Below, piece by piece: positions 10,805-23,200 of a stretch of 64,000 nt of DNA. Made by a program: the position numbers and the translations under genes. Each line of letters begins with the position of its first letter. The stretch's first letter is position 1. The notes under the pieces were generated by a model. The model saw only the letters and a program-made list of their open reading frames with translations. It searched no databases and was not told the DNA's origin. The stretch comes from Octopus vulgaris (lineage: Eukaryota): contig OX597832.1 of assembly GCA_951406725.2 (NCBI GenBank), positions 26,908,001 through 26,972,000 on the forward strand. The letters run 5' to 3'.

Positions 10805-11932
10805 AATGCCCTGATGCAGTACCAGGCAGTGGCTCTCATGGCTTCTGATCTTAACTGATTGGAAGTGTTATCATGTACATTGTTTTGTCTTGGTATAAAA
10901 GATGGGCTAACAGCAAATATTCTGCTCAATACCACAGATTTGTTTGTCAGTTTTTTGTCCTTAACCAGTTGAGCATGTCCCTTAGTGGTTGACGATATAT
11001 GTATCTCTGATCATGAGCAGAAGTAGTGGGGGAGCATCATAGCCGTGTGTTGAGAGGGATTCTTTGGGGTTTGAATAATTCACCTCTGGAAACATGGGTG
11101 TTTCGTTCAACATCCTTAAACAACCCTTATTCAAGGACCTTTTGAGCGGGATGGGTTACTCGAACAGAAGAAAATTCTAACTGGGCCCCACCTGCAAGGT
11201 CATGTGCTGTTTATCTTGATATGAGATCACCATGTTGCGCACATATGGTTGTGATGCATGTGCCTAGTGTACCCTTATCAGATGGGTAGTCATGATGGGT
11301 ATACTGGGCTTGGTATATTTTACCTCAGTGTCACTTTGATGGCATACACTGCTCTCTCACTCAATGATAATAATAAATGCCCTGATGCAGTGCTAGGCAG
11401 GGGCTCTCATGGCTTCTGATCTTAACTGATTGGAAGTGTTGTCATGTACATAGTTTTCTTTTGGTATAAAAGATGGGCTACAGCAAATATTCTGCTCAAT
11501 ACCACAGATTTGCTTGTCAGTTGTTTGTCCTTAACCAGTTGAGCATGTCCCTTAGTGGCTGACAATATGTGCATCTCTGATCATGAGCAGAAGTAGTGGG
11601 GGAGCATCATAGCCATGTGTTGAGAGGGATTCTTGGAGGTTTGAATATTTCACCTCTGGAAACATGGGTGTTTCGTTCAATATCCTTAAACAACCCTTAT
11701 TCAGGGACCTTTTGAGCGGGATGGGTTACTCGACCAAAAGAAAATTCTAACTGGGCCCCACCTGCAAAGTTATGTGCTGTTTATCTTGTTATGAGATCAC
11801 CATGTCGTGCACATATGGTTGTGATGCATGTGCCTGGTGTACCCTTATCAGATGGGTAGTCATGATGGGTATACTGGGCTTGGTATATTTAACCCCAGTG
11901 TCACTTTGATGGCATGCACTGCTCTTTCACTC

Positions 11933-11976
<44 letters not shown>

Positions 11977-12075
11977 AGATGGGTAGTCATGATGGGTATA
12001 CTGGGCTTGGTATATTTAACCCCAGTGTCACTTTGATGGCATGCACTGCTCTTTCACTCAATAATAATAATAATA
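10805..12075 (+). repeat. Tandem ~570-bp repeat (10806-11375, 11377-11940) plus an ~85-bp 3'-end copy (11977-12062), each ending in (AAT)n
   Basis: Both long copies start AATGCCCTGATGCAGT and end CACTGCTCT(C/T)TCACTCAAT; highly similar by eye. Confidence 0.9.
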
Positions 12076-14974
12076 AATCAATAAACACTTGTGCATAATA
12101 CAATACGTGTTAGAAAATTTAAGATATGTCGTATTAAAGTTAACCCTTTTGTTACCTTATTGCTTCCAAAATACCCTACTTGAAAATGAATTTTGTATTG
12201 TAGAACTAAGAAGTGCTTTGGCAGTTTAGCATCGAAAGGATTAATATTTTTAAATCCCTTTTTTGTGAAACTTTAAACAGACGTCAATACGTCTTGCTAC
12301 TTTCTTTGTTCGCATAAAAACAAAGGAGATCGCCCTGACACGTGACAAAGTTCATTGATCTCTCATCAGATACGTAATGTCCACCTCTCTCATTCCACTG
12401 CTTACAAAATAAGTTTATGACGAAGCAGCAGTTAGATTAAAGACAAACTACAACATAGCTGCAACGGGTAGGTTAATTAGCATAATGTCTACCACTGCTA
12501 CTGCGAACCCTACCACACGATAACACAACGCAACAACATCATCGTACCACAACACTGCTACACAACTAAACACCAACCCATACCATAACGCTGCCACACA
12601 ACAGCACCCTTCACCATACTACAACTTTTCTACAGAACAGCACATCACCACACCATGTACACTATAATATCACGACCATACTGCGGCAACAGCCACGCCA
12701 TTCCACCAACACCTCTGCCAAAATATCGCCAAACCAGACTACAACATCGCCACCAAATACACCAACAAAAGAACTTGTCAATTATTGAGTCACGGTAGTC
12801 ATTTAAAAGACAAACACACACACAGACACATACTGTTGTTTTAACGAGTACTGTATTGTCTGCTACGAAAAGTTTAAAAGCTTTCGTTGTAATTAAGTTC
12901 GGGATGGTTACTGGCAATTCGATAGCATCTTGTGTGTGTTTAATTAGTCTTCGGACGAAACAAAATTCATTTTGTTGGACTCCTTGTTTTTAATAAAACA
13001 AATTCATACTTTGAACTTTGTGTGCTTTCTTCTAACCATGCTGCAATGAACGACTACCCCGGGTACATACACACTCACACACATACTGTAAATTAAGAAA
13101 ATGAAACGGTTCACACACACATACATACCGCAAATAAAGAAAATGAAATGGTTTAAGTAATATTTACATGAAAAATCGGTAATTTGGTGAAAGCCTGCCA
13201 GAAATTACGCTGGGCAACACGTGTAAGCATTGACCCCGTGACACGGGCATTTAAACTGTCTACTTATAGAATGGAACCGCATGAACCGACTACAAATATA
13301 TATATATAAATATGTATGTGTGTGTTTGTGTGTATCCTTTTACTAAATAAATAGACAGGAGATGTATTGGCCCCACAAAGAAGTTCTGTCTGAACAGCAG
13401 AACTTACGAAACGATACAATATAGAGGTGTGTGTGTGTCTGTGTGTGTAAATGTACATGAGAGTTTGCTGGGATCTGGCGTATGGAAATAATAGTAATAA
13501 ATAAAATATAATAATTAAAGTGGTTATTACCAGTTACAAGAAAGCATATTTCTGTAGATCGAATGCTCCAAAATAGTCACTTCTTTTCTTAAGCTTTGGC
13601 ACAAAGCCCGTTAACCGACAAGAGACAGCTGGCTGGAATGATTATAAACAGGGTAATTTTTCGTCCAACACCGGCAATATGGAGACGGACAATATGAAAA
13701 AGAAGAATTAGTTTGGCTTCTAATTTGGTTTCCGTTATTTTCCGATAAAATCTTGCGAAAATACTTTTTAATTTATGTTTTCTGTCCTTTAGTGGAAAAA
13801 ACAATTATAGATATAAATCGATTCAAATCAATAATTAGATCTATATTATCTTGTGTAGGTTCTCATTTACAATAAGGGTCCCTAGAAGTAGAGGTAATCA
13901 CAATTAGAATTATTATATTTGTTTATAAATATTGACCGATTTAAATTTATAGTTATATGTGTACTTATTATTTATAAGGTCCCAAAAGAATTAAAGATAA
14001 TTATGGTTAAAGCATATAAAATATTAATGTAAACTGCTCTAAGATAATTAAAAGTCCAACACTGTGCAAGTGCTCATTTACTATAAGGGTCCCTAGAAAG
14101 ATTCGCTATAATTGTTGTTAAACTATTTTTAAAACTACTAAAATTTAATCAGATTTTAGATACTTGATTGTAGCAAACTTGATTGTTAACTAAAAGAATT
14201 TACAGGGGAAAAAACATTTATAAACACATTTTATTGCTGCATAAATTTTGTTATTCAGTTTTAATGATATAAATTAAAAATATTGTTTATTTAGATTGAT
14301 TCAACGATATTAATTTTATGCAATTCATAAATTTATGAAAATGATCTGCAAAAATGGTGTTTGCACGCTACGCATTTTGTCTTCCCTTTCTAGACGATCT
14401 TTGGTTTTAGGTACAGACGTTTAACCATGGGAATGGAAATGAAAGCAAATCATTCTGAGCACATCAACCCCTTTGGCAACATTTAAGTCTCAAAATCTAT
14501 TGCTTACCCTAACTCCGGTTTTTCCAAGACCCTCTTGATTGTAGATAAGTGCCCATTATCTATAAAAGTGGTTCCCAACATTTTCACTACCAAGGATCCC
14601 TTTTATTTAAATGATTTTTCTCACGGACCCCTTTTAATATGCTTACTCTTATGTATATGTGTGTGTAACATTTTGAATTTAGTCCACGGACCCCTTTGCG
14701 AACCACGGGTCTATAATAATGGCTTTTGGTTTGAACACAAGGCCAATATTTTTGAAGGAAGGGGAGAAATTGACACCATTGACTCCCAGAGGAATGAAAG
14801 GCAAAGGTGATCTCGGTTAAATTTGAAATCAGAATGTAAAGGATTGGAATAAATGCTGCAAAACGTGTCTTCAGACGCTTTATAGATTTTACCAACTCAC
14901 TCTTCAGTATGTCATAAGGAACCTCTCTAGTTTGAGCCTCTACTTCTCTGGGTCACTGCCTACCCAAGCGTGCC

Positions 14975-15450
14975 CTCCACCGATTTTGTTTATTCGTATC
15001 TCCCTGAAAAACGGGTATTTTTTAAATAATATTTTCTACAAACACCTTTCAGACTGTGTAGATTATGATTGTATCGGAATGTAAACTGTGAAAAAAATAA
15101 AGGAAAAAAATAGCTAACACGCACGCATTCCTATTGACACAAATCAATCAAATTTCCGAGTTTTATTCTGTTGCTATGTAGGATTAGAGTTTGTATGCGT
15201 GCAAGTCGATCAATTTTTGTCTTCGTTTTCATATTTGGTGGGCTTGCAAACCCCATTTATATACAAAATGAAAGTTGAAATTTTAATCAAATTGTAATAC
15301 GTGTCTGCATGTTCGTTTTTTCGTTTCTCTTTCTTTTCCACATTAAATTCCGACATAGCTGTAACCTACATACTCTGAAAGGTGTTTCTAGAAGATTTCA
15401 TTAAAAAACACCCATTTTTCTGGAAGTTAAAAGGAAACGAAGACGGACGG
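14975..15450. mobile_element. Foldback/MITE-like element with long imperfect terminal inverted repeats
   Basis: AAAACGGGTATTTTTTAA...AAACACCTTTCAGACTGTGTAG (15008-15061) is the reverse complement of CTACATACTCTGAAAGGTGTTT...TTAAAAAACACCCATTTT (15366-15419). Confidence 0.6.
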
Positions 15451-16981
15451 CGGCGGGGTCCATTTGTATAGGTATGCCCTTCTCAAGTCCAGGTAAAAAA
15501 AAGTCACAGGGGTTTTGTTAGGAGGGAGGGGTGTCTGAGGGGGTTTTGTCCGGATACCATAAATTAATTGTGACTTTCTTTCCAAGCCAAAATTGTGACT
15601 TTATTACTGTGACTTTTTTCCCGGTCACAGCCCCTCTCCGCAACGAGAGGTCGCAGCCCCAGTACTACGAACATGCGGGTAGAATGGGTACAGGAAATCA
15701 TCACCCCGAAGGCCTTAGCAGTCGACCAATATCCAGATGGTTCAATAATATCCATATCCATTGGTCACGCTTGGAAATCCAACAGATAAGTATTATGACG
15801 GTTGCTTCTGATAGGACCCTACGAATGAGGTCTCTTCACAGACCTCATTCATAGGGTTTGAAATCAGGCATCTTGATTGTCGGGTGCACCACTGTTTGTC
15901 ACCTCACTGCTGCTGTTAATAATACTTGCTTCTAGTATAAGCACAATGGGCGGATAAAATGGATATGTATATTTATATATAAATATAAATTTACCTTGCT
16001 TCTAGGAATTAAGTTCTTTGTGACGATAGCACAATTGTTTTACTATAAGGGCTGCTTGCTGTTTCGTTTGGTTTTCCTTAAATGAATAACCTCTCTCCTG
16101 GTCAACTGGTCTCACGAAGATGATTCATTACTACCAATTAAAATGGTTTGATTAATTTCTGTCGGCTATAGTGTTATTTTTACTTTCCAAAATACCACAT
16201 CATATTAATTTTTAGACTCACTGATAAAGGAGGGCGTCACAATTTTGTGATTAGGTTAGATAAAACATGATTTAAAAAATTCTATTTTTGAAATAATGTA
16301 ATTATGAAAGTATCCGGTTGATAAAGAAGCTTTTGCGTATTAATTAACATTATATCTAAAATGTGGGGACTACACGAGAAATTAGTGTGTATAGAATGGA
16401 TTTATAGCTAAGGTTATTCATCAATTTCTCAACATCATCGTTAAAAACTGTTAACTTATTAAGTTAGCATTGTTGAAAATAAAATACTCTTTGGGGGAAA
16501 AATACACTCGAAACAAGTATTTATTGAAAATTTTCAGAAACTAAATAAAATGAAATAAAGGTAACTATGGTGAATGGTTTGTTTTGAAACATTAACTTCT
16601 TTGTTTCGGTAATTTAGGAGAGCCATACTATATTCATTATATTATTATATTTCCCATTATCAGTTTTATTTCTTTATTCACGCCGCTTCAGTCAAAGATA
16701 GCTAAAATAGTTTTTGTCTTTTTATTACGTCGATTTAACGCACACACCTCCCTGTCCTTCTCATCATTATAAAATACTTAACCAGAAATTGTTGCGCTAG
16801 AAAAGTATCACGACGCTATTGTTCACAATATGCTCTACATAGTCTAACAAAGGACATGTTAGTAGCAGGCCTCTCCACCGCATCACACGCCACGTCTGGT
16901 TTTTGGTGATGGAATTAGTTTACTTACGGATACACTCTCCAAGACTTCAGTGTCGATGTCCTCTGGAACAATGTGTTCCAA

Positions 16982-17009
16982 TGACGTCAGAGTAGCAGAC
17001 GTGACGTCA
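16982..17009. promoter_or_regulatory. Two perfect CRE/ATF palindromes (TGACGTCA) 20 bp apart
   Basis: TGACGTCA at 16982-16989 and 17002-17009, upstream of the NRDC coding exons. Function is inferred. Confidence 0.4.
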
Positions 17010-17309
17010 TAGTGTCTGTTGTCTTTGACGGTTTTTTCTTCTTCTTTAATATTTTATATTCCTGACAAAGAAACATCTTAGACAGTCGTGAAGAAAGAAG
17101 GAAGAAATTGGAATTATGTAATGTTTATTGGTTTCTTTGAAGGCTGTAATAAGAAAGGAAACTCAAGAAAACGAAAGCAAAACTTTGCACCCGACTTTGT
17201 CTCTGCAGAAATGCTTCTCATTGATAAACAACTTCGTGAGGTCATTGTCTCTATGTAGCGCCACATGGAAGGACAAGTGGCTTGCACTCCAACTAAAATT
17301 CTCTTACTC

Positions 17310-17790
17310 CCATGTGGTACCAGATGGAAGGACTAACCTCATATGACCAGCTGTAGCTGCCTGGTAATATTCTTGGCTCCAATTAATTCCAGGTAGAAGG
17401 ATTAACCTCGTACGACCAGCTGTAGCTGTCTGTCAATATTCTTGGCTCCAATTAGTGCCAGGTAGAAGGATTAACCTCGTACGACCAGCTGTAGCTATCT
17501 GTCAATATTCTTGGCTCCAATTAGTGCCAGGTAGAAGGATTAACCTCGTACGACCAGCTGTAGCTATCTGGCAATAACATTCTTGGCTCCAATTAGTGCC
17601 AGGTAAACGATTAACCTCGTACGACCAGCTGTAGCTATCTGACAATAATATTCTTGGCTCCAATTAGTGCCAGGTAAACGATTAACCTAGTACGACCAGC
17701 TGTAGCTACATGGTACAGCCCTGTCCTCCAGACTGAACCAATAAAGAAAAACTTACCTCCATGTGGTGCCAGATGGGAGGACTCACTTCC
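17310..17790. repeat. 69-72-bp minisatellite, ~5.5 copies
   Basis: CCAGGTA(G/A)A... unit starts at 17389, 17458, 17527, 17599, 17670, with a diverged copy at 17320. CCATGTGGT-CCAGATGG-AGGACT occurs at both ends (17311, 17759). Confidence 0.9.
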
Positions 17791-18060
17791 CCCAAGCAGT
17801 ATAGGTATTAGTAGTAGTGGTAGTACCTATGGCAACAGCAGAGGTACCAGTGGTGGTACAGGTGCCAGTCATAGTGGTTGTTGGCAGCGTAAGACTATAG
17901 GTGTCAGTAGTAGTAGTAGTGGTGGTGGTGGTGGTGGTAGCAGTGTAGTGTATCGGTGGTGGTGGTGTATGTAGTTGAGAGCAAAGATGGCCGTCGTCTT
18001 GACTTGCACACTTTGACCCAGCAGTACATCCGAGAAAGACATGGCAACAAGAGGAGATCC

Positions 18061-19290
18061 TCATCATTGTTCGACCATGGTCGAGACAATAGAATTTACC
18101 ATGCTACGCCAGACTTCACGGTCCATCATGGCATTACGGAGGTCCTGTTGCTGGATGCCTGTATCCCTGGAGATTACATCAGGGTAGGAGAGTGTGTGCC
18201 CTCTGGTATCGCGACCGTGGTCGAGACAATGGAATTTACCATGCTACGCCAGACTTCACGGTCCATCATGGCATTACGGAGGTCCTGTTGCTGGATGCCT
18301 GTATCCCTGGAGATTACATCAGGGTAGGAGAGTGTGTGCCCTCTGGTATCGCGACCGTGGTCGAGACAATGGAATTTACCATGCTACGCCAGACTTCACG
18401 GTCCATCATGGCATTATGGAGGTCCTGTTGCTGGATGCCTGTATCCCTGGAGATTACATCAGGGTAGGAGAGTGTGTGCCCTCTGGTATCGCGACCGTGG
18501 TCGAGACAATGGAATTTACCATGCTACGCCAGACTTCACGGTCCATCATGGCATTACGGAGGTCCTGTTGCTGGATGCCTGTATCCCTGGAGATTACATC
18601 AGGGTAGGAGAGTGTGTGCCCTCTGGTATCGCGACCGTGGTCGAGACAATGGAATTTACCATGCTACGCCAGACTTCACGGTCCATCATGGCATTACGGA
18701 GGTCCTGTTGCTGGATGCCTGTATCCCTGGAGATTACATCAGGGTAGGAGAGTGTGTGCCCTCTGGTATCGCGACCGTGGTCGAGACAATGGAATTTACC
18801 ATGCTACGCCAGACTTCACGGTCCATCATGGCATTACGGAGGTCCTGTTGCTGGATGCCTGTATCCCTGGAGATTACATCAGGGTAGGAGAGTGTGTGCC
18901 CTCTGGTATCGCGACCGTGGTCGAGACAATGGAATTTACCATGCTACGCCAGACTTCACGGTCCATCATGGCATTATGGAGGTCCTGTTGCTGGATGCCT
19001 GTATCCCTGGAGATTACATCAGGGTAGGAGAGTGTGTGCCCTCTGGTATCGCGACCGTGGTCGAGACAATGGAATTTACCATGCTACGCCAGACTTCACG
19101 GTCCATCATGGCATTACGGAGGTCCTGTTGCTGGATGCCTGTATCCCTGGAGATTACATCAGGGTAGGAGAGTGTGCACCCTCTGGTATTGCGAGTAGAT
19201 GGCTTCCAGAGGAGAAGAGTAGAAATTACCTCTTTTTCAGCTCTACAACAATGTCCAGCAAACTGGACTCTCTTACCTTTCACAAGAGGA
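18061..19290 (-). mobile_element. 5'-truncated RTE-like LINE 3' fragment that hosts the 140-bp array
   Basis: LVKGKRVQFAGHCCRAEKEVISTLLLWKPSTRNTRG-TLSYPDVISRDTG...DREVWR...VEQ** matches the RTE C-terminus pattern (R..FAGH..R...LLW.P...DR..WR). Confidence 0.85.
18072..19191. repeat. Near-perfect 140-bp tandem array, 8 copies, derived from the 3' end of an RTE LINE ORF2
   Basis: Unit starts at 18072, 18212, ... 19052. The minus strand encodes LSYPDVISRDTGIQQQDLRNAMMDREVWRSMVNSIVSTT. Confidence 0.97.
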
Positions 19291-20188
19291 GAGAGAGAGC
19301 ATAATAATAATAAATTACACATCAAGGGATATTAACAACGTCAGCAATAACAACATCAACAACAGACCCAATTTTGCCCCAACAAAATGAAATAAAGACA
19401 ACTTCAGAGATAAACATTTATTTTTTTAGTTTATTTTAATTCATGGATTTACATATATCATTCTAGTCTTGCTTATGTTGGATGGTTATACAAATTTACA
19501 TATTTGCAATAGTATCTTTGAAGCAAGTTCAGTTTTGTATATTTTTATTTTTATTTTTATAGACTTTTCCTACCACTAAACACTTGAAACGTGTTGAGTG
19601 TGTGTGTATGTGTGTGTTTCACTTGGCCTCCATTCAGCTAGAGACAAGCCAAACTCAAAGAAGAGTTGTGCATCTTGCCTATAGAGACGGGCAACTGAGA
19701 GGCAGCACAGTGGCTGTGACTAGGGTCTGAACTTTTGACCAACAGTTTCAAGTGCTGAGTGGAGGTCTCCGGGCCTCCGGATCTGTTCAGTCGGAACTGC
19801 ATTGAGACAAGCAATATCGAAGAGGCGTGAAGAATAAGGCACAGTAAACCTGACAGAGTTGATGAAGAGCAGCGATAAATTAAATATATAACGAGGAGTT
19901 TTAACGAGATATGGGAAGACATGAAAGCTTTGGCATTAAGGTTTTTTTAAACCTCTAGAAAATATAAAAATAATAATAATAACAATGGTAATATGATGCT
20001 TTCTCACATTGTCACAAGGAGGTAATTATAAAGGAATGGCAAAAGTTGATTGAACTAAAGCCAGTTTGTTACTTTGGTGCCTAGATTCTTAAAACCAAAA
20101 GATAAACGGTAAATTGGATTTTGGTGGAAACTGAACTCCAGTAGATTTGGCATTTATTACTGCATTCTACCAATTCTATCACTCCTCT

Positions 20189-20239
<51 letters not shown>

Positions 20240-23200
20240 GAGGAGAAAAGATTATTATTATTATTAATAATAATAATAATTTTGTCCTCTAGGCACAAAG
20301 CCTGAAATTTTTGGGGAGGGCACCCAGTCGATTAGATCAACCCCAGTACGCAACTGGTACTTAATTTGTCGACCCCTGAAAGGATGAAAGGCAATGTCGA
20401 CCTCGGCGGAATTTGAACTCAGAACGTAAAGGCAGATGAATTACTGCTAAGTATTTCGCTTGGCCTGCAAACGTTTCTGCCAAGTCACCGCTTTAATAAT
20501 AATAATAAGAAGAAGAATAGAAATATTAAAATTACTAAGTCTCTCTAAAGGAGATTACGGCAGCGTTACTAGATATTAATAGTTATCGCCAAACTAGTAC
20601 GGCAGTCCATAAATATAAGACTAAAGCTTATAATAATAATGGTTTCAAATTTTGGCACAAGGCCAGCAATTTCGGGGGAGGGGTATAAGTCAATTACATG
20701 GACCCCAGTGTTCAACAGGTACCTTATTTTATTGACCCTGAAAAGACAAAAGGCAAAGCCAACCCTGGTGGAATTTGACCACAGAACAAAGACAGACGAA
20801 ATACTGCTAAGCATTTCGTCTGGCATGTTCACAACTCTACCAGTTAGCCACCTTAATAATAATAATAACAATAACAATGATAATAATAATAATAATAATA
20901 ATCCCTATGAGTTATTTACTGGAATGTGCTAACAACAGCCACAAAGCATTTATTGGAGAACTTTAACAATTCCACTGCCTGGTTTCAAAGACAGGACCTT
21001 GCTAGAAATGGTCGTCTTCTTACATTATATTCACAGCAACACTGTGTCATCCGTGTCCCCGTTTTCATGGTATTCAGGTTTGTCATGGTTGAGTAACCAG
21101 CAGTATAACCTGGTGGCCAGGCTGGGGGCTTGTCAGCTTTAGTTGGTAACCAAAGAGAAGGAGGACAACCTTGATTTGAAACTCTGGTAAATGGAGGTCA
21201 TGTCAGGTCATCCATTCAGGAGAGAAAATACTTTAGCAACAGCAACAACATGAGGACCTTACTGTCTCCAATGCAGTTGGTTGGGTTACGGTAGATGAAG
21301 CCTGAGGACAAAGAGTGGGATCAGTACCACACACTGCACTCCATCAGATCATCCATTCCACAAGCTGAAGGACATGCCCATGCTACAGCCATTCTCCCAA
21401 TTCTATCATTCCATCACAAGAATCTTAATGATTTCTTGACTGTTCCACCACCTGGGTTTGTGCCATATGTTTACAGGAGTTGATAGGAGAGTCAACTGAA
21501 TCAAGCCCAAGGTAATCACTGGTATTTAATTTAAAGATCTTTCAGACAAATACAAGGCAAAAGGTCTCAAACAGAAATACAAACAAAGAATTTTGAACGT
21601 CACATTTGACAGTAGACGAGACAAGACTTTTTTTCCTCAAAAAATGCCACAAACGATCATTCTGGGTCCTATATGTGAAAGGGGACATCCCATTGGCTAA
21701 TTTTGTCCCCGACACTCATTCTTCTTGAATATGTGCTGCTGAAATTGAGGTGCATCTAATATGGCAGTGCCACTGAATATGACGATTCTTTAACCATTTC
21801 TGTCATTCCTGGCACAAGGACAGACATCTGGGATGAGGGAGAGAGGGATATAACTGATTGTACTGACCCCGACGCTTATTTTATCAACCCCACCACCCGC
21901 CCACCCTGGAACAATTAGAAGTAAAAACTTCACCCTTGGCAGGATTTGAAATCAGGCATCTTGATTGTCGGGTGTGCCACTGATTGTCACCTCACTGCTG
22001 CTGTTAATAATACTTGCTTCTAGTATAAGCACAAGACCTGATATATTTGAAAGAAAGGGTTCGGGGTAGGCTATGACCTTGACTTTTCTGACCCGGGAGG
22101 AGTGAAGGGCAACAGTGACTTCACTGAGATTTGAACTCAGAAATAAAAAAAGTGCTGGAAAAAACATTACCAGGTATTTTGTCCAACATCAGTTATTCAA
22201 CCAATCTAAAATTCTTTAATAATAATAATAATCCTTTCTGCTGTAGGCACAAGGCATGAAATTTTGGAAAAAAGGGATTAAGCTGATTGCATTGACCCCA
22301 GTGCATAACTGGTGCTTATTTTATCGACCCTGAAAGGATGAAAGCTAAAGTCGACCCTGGTGGAATTTGAACTCAGAATGTGAAGACAGAAATACAACAA
22401 AGCATTTTGCCCAGTGTGCTAACAACTCTACCAGCTTGCCACCTTAACTATAACTGCTATAGCCTCAGGCCGACCAAAGACATGTGAGTGGATTTGATAG
22501 ACGGAAACTAAAAGAAGCCCGTCATATATATATATATACATATATATGTATGTGTGTGTATATGTTTGTTCCCCCAACATCGCTTGACAACCGATGCTGC
22601 TGTATTTATATCTTCGGCAAAAGAGACCGATAGAATAAGTACTGGGCTTACAAAGAATAAGTCCTGCGGGTCGATTTGCTCGAGTAAAGGCGGTGCTCCA
22701 GCATGGCCGCAGTCAAATGACTGAAACAAGTAAAAAGAAAAAAAAAAGAGTAAATGTGTTGTGGTAGTAGCTGTGATATCTAGTCTCAGAGAAACTTCTC
22801 AAAGGGGCTTGTGTGTGATACAAAACACGGGGCTTTCCTCAGAATGCCGCAGGATCACCATAATAAAAACTTGCCTTAATTAATTGAGATCATCAAGTGA
22901 GTATTTAACGAGTTATGATATGCAAACATTAGTTGACAAAACAGATGAAACAAACAAACAATGGATGAAGAGGGAGAGGTCCAGCTTTTGAAAAGTATAG
23001 GGATATCCAGCCCCATGGTGACACCAGCAGGGTGATTTGAACTTACAGCATAAAGGGACACAGCTAGATGCTGTACCATTTCTGTCACAGCATATTTGTT
23101 AATAAAGTGAAGGCATGTGGCTTAAGAGCATTCAGCTCAAAATTTTAAGGTCCTGAGTTCAATTCCAGGTGGTTTGTTGTGCCCTTGTCAAGACAATTTA

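Noticed and set aside
17310-19191. CRISPR-like array
   Set aside because: Units are contiguous tandem copies with no unique spacers and no cas genes; eukaryotic context.
17956-19304. Series of 137-aa + strand ORFs with repeated peptides
   Set aside because: Artefact of a 140-bp unit (not a multiple of 3) cycling through frames; the ancestral coding strand is the minus-strand RTE ORF2.
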